From Bacteroidota bacterium (GTDB lineage Bacteria; Bacteroidota; Bacteroidia; Bacteroidales; CAIXZF01), in contig JAKLIX010000002.1 of NCBI GenBank assembly GCA_022709385.1, forward strand, positions 44,535 to 108,534: 64,000 nucleotides of DNA, read 5' to 3'. Positions within the stretch are counted from its first letter, which is position 1. Each line of letters starts with the position of its first letter. Below are positions 12,401-18,800 of the stretch, piece after piece. A program made the position numbers and the translations under genes. The notes below the pieces were generated by a model. That model ran no database searches, had not been told where the DNA came from, and saw nothing but the letters and a program-made list of their open reading frames with translations.

Positions 12401-14371
12401 TTGTATGATTTTAATCCCGTTGCCGCAGGTACCGGAACCCACCTGATCACCTATACCTATACCGATGTCAACGGCTGCAGCAACTTCTGCACCTTCAATG
12501 TGACGGTGTATCCGCTGCCCTCAGTCAGTTGTCCTCCCGACATCACCATATGCATCGATGCCCCTGCCCTGCCGCTCACGGGTGGTTTACCCGAAGGCGG
12601 CAATTACAGCGGAACAGGAGTGGCCGGTAACATCTTCGACCCGGCTGTAGCCGGTGCGGGCATCTATCTTATCACATACAATTATATTGATATCAACGGA
12701 TGTGAGAACAGTTGCGAGTTCACCATTACGGTCTCCCAGCCTGAGGTTATTTGTCCGCCAGGCATTCTGATCTGTATCAATGCCCCGGCCCTGCTGCTTA
12801 GCGGAGGCATTCCCGAGGGAGGCACCTTCAGTGGTCCGGGTGTTACCGGCAACATGTTCGATCCTGCAGCCGCTGGTGCCGGTTCTCATGAACTGACCTA
12901 TACCATCACCGATACCTGGGGTTGTACTGCATCCTGTACCTTCATTGTCACTGTGAATCCTCTACCTACAGCCGACGCAGGAGCCGATGCCGTCATCATT
13001 CAGGGTAACTCCACCACCCTGAACGGATCGGGCAGCGGCGGGAACCCGCCTTACGCCTATGCCTGGAGCCCGGCCGCAAGCCTTAGTGACCCGCTGATTG
13101 CCAATCCTTTGGCTACTCCGGCCGTTACCACCGTGTACACCCTGACCGTCGTTGATACTTATGGCTGCTATGACGCTGATGAAGTTACGGTTACCGTAAT
13201 CCCGGCCGGATCCGGCATTGTAAACGGTACGATCAGTTATGATAATGCCGGTTATACCAGTTTGTCAGCTGTCAGCGTGAGCCTGATGCAATCCGGTATC
13301 CCCGTCTATAACACTGTCAGCGGCAGCGGCGGCTATTATGAGTTTACGGGTGTGGCTCCCGGTTCCTATGACGTCCACTGTGCTTCCACCACACCCTGGG
13401 GAGGTGTGAATGCATCGGATGCCCTGGTGGTGCTGAAGCATTTCACCGGGATGACCACCCTGACCGGACTGCCCCTGCTCGCTGCCAACGTGGATTTGAT
13501 CCCTGCCATCAACTCCATCGATGCCCTGATGATCGCCAGGCGTTTCACCGGACTGATCCTCTCCTTCCCGGTGGGCGACTGGGTTTTCGAACCAACCGTC
13601 ATCACTGTCGTGGATGGGACAACAACCACCCAAAACCTGCTCGGAATGTGCTACGGCGATGCCAACCGCACCTACCTCCCACCCTACAAATCACCCGCCC
13701 GGGTGCTGCTGGCTGCTGAAGGAGAACTGCCTGTATTCACAGGTAGTATTACTGACATCCCGATCACCACTCCGGAACGACTCGAAGCAGGCGCCCTCTC
13801 CCTGGTGGTGGATTACCCTGAAGACCAGGTTCTGATAAGCGCCGTGACTGAAGGGAAATATTCCGGAAACCTGGTTTACCATATGAAAGATGGCTTGCTG
13901 CGCATCGCCTGGTACAGCGAAAGAAACTGCATCTTTGAGCCGGGAGAAAGCCTGATCGTTTTGAAGGCAATGGTATATGGCAATCCTGATGCAGTAACTT
14001 TCAATGCGTTACAGGAAAGTGAGGTGGGTGATCATGAAGGTCAGTTCCTCGCCAACTGCCGGCTGACCTATCCCAAACTCAGCAAAGCCGGAAACGGTAG
14101 CGTCGGAAATCTTTCAGTGATGCCGAATCCTTTCAGCAATACTACAGAACTGAATCTTTATTCTGCCGGGCCCGGCTCTGTCCTGTGGAAGCTTTTCAAC
14201 AGTACCGGCCAGCAGATCAGGGAATGGAAACAGCAACTGCCCTGCGCCGGTTTGCACAGCATGATACTGGAAGGAGAAGACCTGGCTGAAGGATGCTATA
14301 CCATTATCGCTGAAGTGACCGAAGGACAAATAAAACGAAACGAAAAAGCCAGGTTGGTTGTGATACGGTAA
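3413..14371 (+). CDS. Giant (~3,652 aa) T9SS-secreted surface protein: M43/ulilysin-type metalloprotease head, beta-solenoid-like region, PKD-like units, 13 tandem 4-Cys Ig-like domains, dockerin-like module, cohesin-like module, T9SS CTD
   Basis: The ATG at 3413 gives signal peptide MKKITRFTMILLTWLGLSGLDAGLHAQ; the ORF-track start at 3365 lies upstream of it. Zinc site HELGHCFTLLHIWGD...CGDTP (~4124-4210). A long Gly/Asn-rich region has an old internal duplication (~5975-6560 vs ~8340-8940; e.g. YDWVAGGVTVQSGSFTANDLYDNG vs YDWTDGELEVNGGTFIADDLTDNG). PKD-like units carry GTPPYFFNWAP and GGNPPYAYAWSP. Dockerin-like module at 13214-13690, cohesin-like module at 13700-14090. CTD MPNPFSNTTELNLYS...GCYTIIAEV...ARLVVIR. 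Confidence 0.9.
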   Translation: MKKITRFTMILLTWLGLSGLDAGLHAQSPVYNPLDEGIRCGTMAHYAAQVAADPSIEQRRIEFEQKLAQWIADHPNGCPDVSVTIPVVVHILYNTEAQNRSDAVVQEQIDIMNTDYGGQNTHPMWEFSNSLKVNTDIQFCLAKQRPDGTPTNGIERRQTSETGFISNDNMKHYSSGGLDAWDVTQYMNIWVCNLTDYLGYAQFPWSGINSTFGLVVRTTAFGVTGAIAPYNLGGTATHELGHCFTLLHIWGDEPLCTGSDQCGDTPNQANKTFGHHTGLLTDICSTTSPGIMYMNFMDYSDDQDYANFTPNQKTRIQSCFNSGGYLYSLLSSTKCTPVTTSMSSDVPYTAGTDPDWFLFNNNVNYWCAVGIRPNTAGEDWDIHLYSDDGFNPPTIASSTNGSSIPVDFVVMDNNHAPKQSRGIKADRWSGSGPATIEFEGSAETLAFGTNSNISWPAGDVIEMWDIYLSPGTYDFMLTFNSGTANLGIALFGSNGAAYYSGRNGAMAIADANGNGIGEHFTATITTTDYYGLCVFANNGNAANININIGVLGQWLGTVSNNWNTAANWGAGVVPDETIDVNIQAGTPYAPVIHDGVSAMCKNLTIGNLATLTQNPTSYLYVYGNFNSDEGTFTQSGSSYLYFAGNTDSYWDDDNMDDTYNYVRVDKLDPAAKLQMWQDMTVNTNFAVREGVFWIDSQWTLTVTGTGTSAFEVESGGKLQLTDENLDIAGGIWFWDGSQADVSGGNIYCGTNFRVNNNTAYNIQFTGGTLVMDGSGTQYIDDLDGSTKLYNLSIQKSSGTCYLKSNDLAVSNNLTINSGVLSCTNGPSPTITYSIHMGGNWINNVGPAGFDESTSVVYFDGNHMNDQTCSTETFHYLVVNKQEFSTFKVNGGNVTCASYDWVAGGVTVQSGSFTANDLYDNGIFGVFWLYNGGQIDLTNNDGYVDLNSFLYIFGGVFNVHGGTTMSYWPYASNAAIYMSDGILDFKDQGIRIHQTSYTLSENITGGTIRTAGNLHSFRNDWHPDGGTFMMYGPNQASFNHVSGSGFNHLVINKETTYPLAPDAINPFMNLEKEENPPSGMKSGPADGPLVNNVIASGSIDLNGDFILSSGVFEAPDTMFVAGNWANYAGLAAFNENTCVVEFDGAQGSDILTQEHFYEMVLNKTFTGFEGLEVSDSVSITRDLKITDGTLELNSGAILHIGEDLNIDTDAGLNANDAGPIRIYCGQLWSDYNSSFDNYKGFSCGVASSVVFNSSPTTTIQVIRSLNPFNDIEINSQAPWVRSNNITKFIECNNLNIVAGVFRVSGAKVIVNNNLNISGKLSMINADDSLLVAQDVIWHPGSTDEVDAGKIFVGDDWTFENGTLAQLDPVNQVIFNSGQTAMILCNDADAAFGSLVIDKAAGPANSVYIHGSSSDTLRVSGNMTVRPSNTFQTQSKKMIVTAQLDVQNGGLFYMTTGYLRNDNNAFALNGTMDVNDGTVMLKGHFTLPPTGKLIISGGSMTSDPPPAEFAFRQYQGRLELSSGLLEIRNDHVFISGGFDDQISGGTFRILGAFQANAAGTFQPAGGTVWFGQDYLTAYKTFYCSNGNYFHHLTIDGDMQLETNLQVNGNINLISNNLRVLDKTISLRGDWINAVGTGGFSAMTGKVVFNSDSDHQDCIGNTNFNILEIDKGFGDLIIPTGSTAHCAEYDWTDGELEVNGGTFIADDLTDNGLYGNYYVTLVGGLLEVHQDAGQYTDLNGRVVLAGGEMHVYGGNGDSYWPYAADADIWMYGGILDFKDNGVYLNASAYTLNEIINGGLIRMNGGFTGLRTDFNPAGGSIELYGSSTGDLGHAAGSSLHNVIINKTTAVHVEIPSDGLQINGDLDILEGAMTLNNDLVNVGGDVRITDGGYLQMINQAELVMTDADSVSIHNGGEMFIDGDPGLETSIHTNNPLSYFSFDVFPGGAIAAEHNYFSNLAPAGLNLHPGSSVNPAHSFHFCRFSDGAPGGTLLTINNDQTFFADYAYFPANTWGGASNVTKGVDAGSVTFTNYSGGFGGEAFDNDPFNHIFWVEPLSVTASALPEEICEGASTQLNAVPASGTPPYFFNWAPAADLSDPAIANPVATPANTTTYSVTVTDNVGATATASVTVTVNSLPVVVCPPGFDICLDFGVLYMENINVIPVSNSSSSVFTGPGVTPSNPANGWYDFDPVAAGPGTHTITYTYTDANGCSNSCTFDITVLDLPVVSCPADTGICINSGFIYLETLDVWPLSVDENSVFSGIGVTAFEPAMGQYDFNPLTAGPGTHQITYTYTDANGCSNFCTFFITVYPLPSVSCPPDISMCLDAPALLLSGGTPVGGTYSGPGVIGNVFDPALAGLGTHLISYVLTDGNGCTEGCTFSITVLPPPVVSCPPDFSICLDNGVVFLENLGVSPVSNSISSVFTGTGVTPSNPANGWYDFDPLTAGPGTHTITYTYTDALGCSNSCTFNITVLDLPVVSCPADTGICINTGYIYLENLGIWPPSVDENSVFTGIGVTPFIPEQGMYDFDPLSAGPGTHQITYTYTDANGCSNFCTFFITVYPLPTVSCPPDISMCLNATALLLTGGFPAGGTYSGPGVIGNVFDPALAGVGTHLISYVFADGNGCTEGCTFSITVLPIPEVSCPPDFNYCINDGVLFLELLDVSPPCIDIMSLFSGNGVFPADPYNGWYNFDPLIAGTGTHLITYTYYDLNGCQNYCTFSITVLPVPVVSCPPDMIVALSEPPFSLSGGNPAGGYYSGTGIGLNTFYPATAGVGNHLILYIYEDENGCSDTCTFTITVNEPPSVTCPPNLFVCLSEPAFVLTGGTPAGGSYSGTGVIGDSFDPVAAGAGIHQITYTYTDGFGFSNSCNFDITVYPLPTVTCPPDISMCIDAPALLLTGGLPEGGSYSGTGVINNNFDPAIAGAGVHNIIYNFIDINGCMDGCEFTITVLDLPVVSCPGDTAVCINSGVFYLENLDVWPPSVDAGSVFTGNGVIPFIPAQGLYDFNPVAAGTGTHLITYTYTDVNGCSNFCTFNVTVYPLPSVSCPPDITICIDAPALPLTGGLPEGGNYSGTGVAGNIFDPAVAGAGIYLITYNYIDINGCENSCEFTITVSQPEVICPPGILICINAPALLLSGGIPEGGTFSGPGVTGNMFDPAAAGAGSHELTYTITDTWGCTASCTFIVTVNPLPTADAGADAVIIQGNSTTLNGSGSGGNPPYAYAWSPAASLSDPLIANPLATPAVTTVYTLTVVDTYGCYDADEVTVTVIPAGSGIVNGTISYDNAGYTSLSAVSVSLMQSGIPVYNTVSGSGGYYEFTGVAPGSYDVHCASTTPWGGVNASDALVVLKHFTGMTTLTGLPLLAANVDLIPAINSIDALMIARRFTGLILSFPVGDWVFEPTVITVVDGTTTTQNLLGMCYGDANRTYLPPYKSPARVLLAAEGELPVFTGSITDIPITTPERLEAGALSLVVDYPEDQVLISAVTEGKYSGNLVYHMKDGLLRIAWYSERNCIFEPGESLIVLKAMVYGNPDAVTFNALQESEVGDHEGQFLANCRLTYPKLSKAGNGSVGNLSVMPNPFSNTTELNLYSAGPGSVLWKLFNSTGQQIREWKQQLPCAGLHSMILEGEDLAEGCYTIIAEVTEGQIKRNEKARLVVIR
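9810..12960 (+). repeat. In-frame array of 13 ~75-90-aa 4-Cys Ig-like domains; the first six form two copies of a 753-bp (3-domain) higher-order repeat
   Basis: Unit starts: VVVCPPGFDICLD, VVSCPADTGICIN, SVSCPPDISMCLD, VVSCPPDFSICLD, VVSCPADTGICIN, TVSCPPDISMCLN, EVSCPPDFNYCIN, VVSCPPDMIVALS, SVTCPPNLFVCLS, TVTCPPDISMCID, VVSCPGDTAVCIN, SVSCPPDITICID, EVICPPGILICIN. TGCCCGTGGT occurs at 10071 and 10824 (offset 753). Near-identical DNA at ~10254-10340 vs ~11008-11095. Confidence 0.9.
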
Positions 14372-14603
14372 GGTATCGGCTAACTAATAAAAAGCTGACT
14401 TAGAATTAGTCTGCATTCATATCACCTGATACTCTGAGACGTAATGGATTTTTATCATTTGACCTCCCCTTACGTCCCAGGGTGTAGGGTGTAATCAAGG
14501 TACACTGGAAATCAAGCTTGTAATCGGTGTCATTCCGTGTATTCCCGTTTAGAGGTATCCTCTCCGGAAAAGAAAACAAGTGAGCATGTTACAGAAAATT
14601 TCG

Positions 14604-15650
14604 TCAGGGAGAGAAGGAAGCATTGACATCACCGGTACAGACCACGGTAACTGGAATGTTGTATTGGTCGCAGGGAGTCACAATCAAGTTCTGCTCCATG
14701 ATTATCCAGTCACCTGCCGGAAAACTGCTGATCGCCCCGACAAAGCGCTGCACAATCATCAGTGCATCAACTGAATTGATACTTCCGCTGTTGTTCACAT
14801 CCGCAGCAGTCATCCTGATTCCCGTCAGGGTACCCATTCCGGTGAAATGCTTCAGCACGATCAGGGCATCCGTGGCATTCCCTCCTCCCCATGGCAGACC
14901 GGCAGTACCGGTAATGGTATAATTTCCGGCCGGAACATGGCTGAAATGAAATAAACCGGATGAATCCGTAATTGCTGAATCCACTGCCATGGCATTTTGT
15001 GATAATAGCATCTGTACGCCACTGACCGGAGTCTGAAGGACATTGTCATATTGCAGTATCCCTTCAATGGTTCCCTGGCCTTCCTCAACATAGCCATCCA
15101 TAAACCTGGCCGGCTTGATGTCCAGCAGATGAGAATACTGACATGCGCCGTTCACCCAGGTTTCCCAGATCAGCTTCGTGGTATCGCAATTCGAAAGGAA
15201 TTTGATCACTAATAAAGTATCATCATCAGATACACCGAAAAAACCATTAATAGTATAACCCGCAAACCTGAATAAACCGTATCCGGGATACCCGGTACTG
15301 GATGGCAAAAAAGACCAGATAGGGATACTGATTGATGGATGTACGTAGTGTAATCCATAAAAGGTCAAAGCAGAAAATTTGAACAACACAGACAGTGAAA
15401 TCGATGAGATACTGTCAAAATTTCTTACCCTTACCGGTACATATACAAATGAACCCGGAGGATTACAGTTACAATAGGAACTTGTATCAATCCAGGTTAT
15501 CACAGTGTCATCAGTGGTGTACTGTTGGTCAAGGGTGGAGGCAAACCGGCCTTCAGACCAGGAAGCGTAACACATGCCGGTCGTAAGGAAGAACAACAGC
15601 ACAGTTAACAAGATGAGTGGTTGATGACCTCTGATACATATCTTACGCAT
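14604..15650 (-). CDS. Secreted 348-aa protein: cohesin-like module + CarboxypepD_reg-like + dockerin-like module, with no T9SS CTD (possible adaptor)
   Basis: N-terminal hydrophobic signal (LILLTVLLFFLTTGMCYASW). Cohesin-like stretch GSFVYVPVRVRNFDSISSISLSVLFKFSALTFYG. The shared module runs GTIEGILQYDN...GNYTITGTAGLPWGGGNATDALIVLKHFTGMGTLTGIRMTAADVNNSGSINSVDALMIVQRFVGAISSFPAGDWIIME...CTGDVNASFSP and is followed by the stop. Confidence 0.8.
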   Translation of the reverse strand: MRKICIRGHQPLILLTVLLFFLTTGMCYASWSEGRFASTLDQQYTTDDTVITWIDTSSYCNCNPPGSFVYVPVRVRNFDSISSISLSVLFKFSALTFYGLHYVHPSISIPIWSFLPSSTGYPGYGLFRFAGYTINGFFGVSDDDTLLVIKFLSNCDTTKLIWETWVNGACQYSHLLDIKPARFMDGYVEEGQGTIEGILQYDNVLQTPVSGVQMLLSQNAMAVDSAITDSSGLFHFSHVPAGNYTITGTAGLPWGGGNATDALIVLKHFTGMGTLTGIRMTAADVNNSGSINSVDALMIVQRFVGAISSFPAGDWIIMEQNLIVTPCDQYNIPVTVVCTGDVNASFSP

Positions 15651-15876
15651 ACCTGTGTTTTTTAGATATAATAGCTCAAAGATATGATAAGATTAGCAGA
15701 ACTCTGTGAGTCTTCCACACTGACCCCCGGACTTCATTTTTTCAGGCTCCGGAATACAACCGGCTTTGGCGTTTGCGGCAAGTTTCTGAGTGAAAAAGTT
15801 GTCAACCAATTGACTCCGCTATGTGCACAAGGAGTCAAATATTAGTTAATATATTCTATATCAGAGTTTTCCGGCT

Positions 15877-18800
15877 TTATCTCTCATGTGAAAGCACAGT
15901 CATTTTCTGCTGAAGGATCAAACCGCCAGAGCTGAGTCGGATGAAATAGGTTCCTGCCTGTATGTGGCTATTGTCTAATGAAATACTGTGTACTCCGGCT
16001 GCATTTTCTTCATTCACAAGCTCTTTGACCAGTTGTCCGTATACATTAAACAATCGTAGGCTGACATTTCCCGAATTCTGAAGAAAATACCGGATCACAG
16101 AAACGGCATTTACCGGATTCGGAAAAACCTCAAGCCTGTTTTCCGGCTGAACATTGCTTAAGCTTGGCAGGATGAGTCCCCCGCGAATGATCCGGGCGTT
16201 TTCATCACTCACATTGCTTTCAGGATCAATGGTTAAGTCACAATCTGTAACACTTTCCTTCATTCGGGCATGTATTGTCAATACCAAATCCATCGGCTGA
16301 AGTTGAAAGGGTTCAAGATTATACCAACCAATCCGGGTTTCTCCGTTCCTGCTGTGATAAGCGAACTCTCCGGGGAGCCCGCTGATGATTTGCACGATAT
16401 CAATGACTTCCGGAACATTCAGAATGAGCGACATGGAGGAAATCATCATGTCAGATGCAGCAAATACCGGTATTATCATAGATCCGTCCGGCTGCAGGAT
16501 GCCGGTACCTAAATAGCTTACATACAGGGAAGCTTGGGATTTAAAACCCGGAAGATAGCTTTGGTTTATATCCCCGAAACAGATTCCATGATAATCAAGC
16601 ATCATATTATTTACACCATCGATGGTGAATTCCGGGATTTCGAAATACCAGTCTCCCGACGGAAATGTATCAATCAGACTGACGAACCTTTTCAATATGC
16701 TCAATCCGTCAATGGCGTTGATATTGCCTTCTCCGGTCACATCCGCGGCGACCAGGGGTAAACCAAGCAAGGTGATAAAACCGGTAAAATGCTGCAGCGA
16801 AAGCAGTGCATCAACGGCATTGGCCCCGCCCCACGGGATATTCGTCTGTGTCAGAAGATAATAATCACCTGCTTCAACTCCGTTAAAAACGAAGGATCCA
16901 TCTGTTCCGGTGCTGGTGGTTCCTATCAGTTCATCCAGGTTGTTGTAAAGAGATACTTCAGTATTTCCAAGCGGCGTATTGGAAAGATTGCTGTAAGCCA
17001 ATTGGCCATAAATACCGGACTGTCCTCCTGTTTGTTCGGTGATGGTTAGCTGGTCAGCATGCTGACAGCCGGCTTCATCTGTAACCGTCAATGTATATGT
17101 GAAAGGAAGGAAAGGTGGCGTTGCGAAGGGATTGGCAATGAATGGGTCATCCAGACCATCCGGAGGTGACCAGGAATACTGCAATACGCCCTGTCCGCCG
17201 GTAACGGTTGGTTGAAGCTGAACCGACATCCCTGGCAGGATTTCCTGGTCTTCACCGGCATCTACCAATGGGGCCATCAATACTGTTATAAAATCCGCCT
17301 GATTCGCATCACATCCGTTTTCATCCGTAAAGTGATAGGTAATGGCTACCTCTCCGGGATCGACAAGCCCCGGATTAAACAGGTCGCCACTGACACCTTC
17401 CCCTTCAAATGTTCCTCCGGAGGGGGTTGCACTCAATGCCACTGCAGGACTGTTATCACATACCACATCCGGACTGATGCTGAAAGTGATCACTGGCAGG
17501 GGATGCACCGTAACTTCAGCAAAACCGCTTGTCTGCTGCAATCCGTCATTCACGGTAACCGTATAAACTGTATTCACGTCCGGTATAAGCTGTGGATGCT
17601 GTTCTGATGAAGTGAAACCCGGAGGATCCGATTCCCAGGAAAAGGAATAATTTCCGCTACCCCCCGTTGGAAAAGCATGCAGGATCACCGCTTCGCCTTC
17701 ACAAACCTCAGAAGGCTCGGCAGTGGTGGTGAGTATCAAAGGCGGAGGAAGGCATACCGCCGATCCATCAGTATAAACTCCCGTAACCAGAGCAGTGGAC
17801 GCGTGCATGAACAATGCAGGGCCCTGATTTTGCGTCCAGCTGATCTCTGAAGAGGGCCCGTCCATGAAATGAAAGTGCAGCGTAAAAAACATGCCTTCAC
17901 TCAGATTGACAGTATCCCCATAGTAGTGAAAAGACAGGACACCATCTGTCGGATTATCCGTGATGCTGAGCGAGTCCGGATTCACGCCACCTCCCCAGTC
18001 ATCACAGGTATCGTACTGAAGAATAGCCGGATCATATTCAATATAAAACTGAAATAAAACCATATCCGTGATACCTGAAGCATAAACCGGGACGGCAAGC
18101 ATACTGCCATCGCAATATCCGCCGGTATCAGCAATGGTCAGTGCAGGCGGCTCCATCGGCTCCACCGTAATGGCTAATCCCGGAGACCAAACCCCGGCAG
18201 AACACTGGCCAATCCCCCTCACTTTTAAAACCCCGGAGGTGGCCCCGGGGAGGAAGTCCAAGGTAACATTCTGCCCGGTGTCATTGATACTGACATTGCT
18301 GCCACTGTAAATCCATTCATAGGAGATTGCACCTTCGATTTCTGGCACACCATATGAAACACTATATACCGGAGGAATAATGAAATCAATCCCCACCGGA
18401 GTAAGAGGTGCTTCCGGACTATCAGGATCCGTTCCCGTGATGATCATTGAAACAGCCTCGGTCACATTCACAAGATCAATGGAATCAGGATCATACTCAT
18501 AACACAGGTGGGTAAAAGTGACCGTTCCGCTGCAACCGCATGGAACCTCCGATGCCCAGATACCAAGTCCATCGGTAGTGCCACTCACACCACAGTCCCC
18601 TGAGATTTCAATCTGCGTTCCAACAATTGGAAACTCACTGATTTGAAGGGTTTTAAAAGATACAGGCACCATCTGTAATGTGGCAGTGAAATCCAGGCTG
18701 TCAAGGTTGGTCGTGACGTTGCTCAGACTTCGTAAGCCTGGGAAGTAGGAATAGCATTCATCAAGCGGTTTGACTTTACCTGAGAACCCACACGGGAGTG

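Noticed and set aside
9810-12960. Regularly spaced repeats considered as a possible CRISPR array
   Set aside because: The units are 225-260 bp, in frame and encode conserved protein domains. There is no alternation of short identical repeats with unique spacers, and no cas genes are in the window.
15806-15835. Inverted repeat TTGACTCC-N13-GGAGTCAA between giant gene 2 and the 348-aa gene, considered as a terminator
   Set aside because: It has an 8-bp stem with a 13-nt loop and no adjacent U-tract on the transcribed (minus) strand. The evidence is too weak to call.
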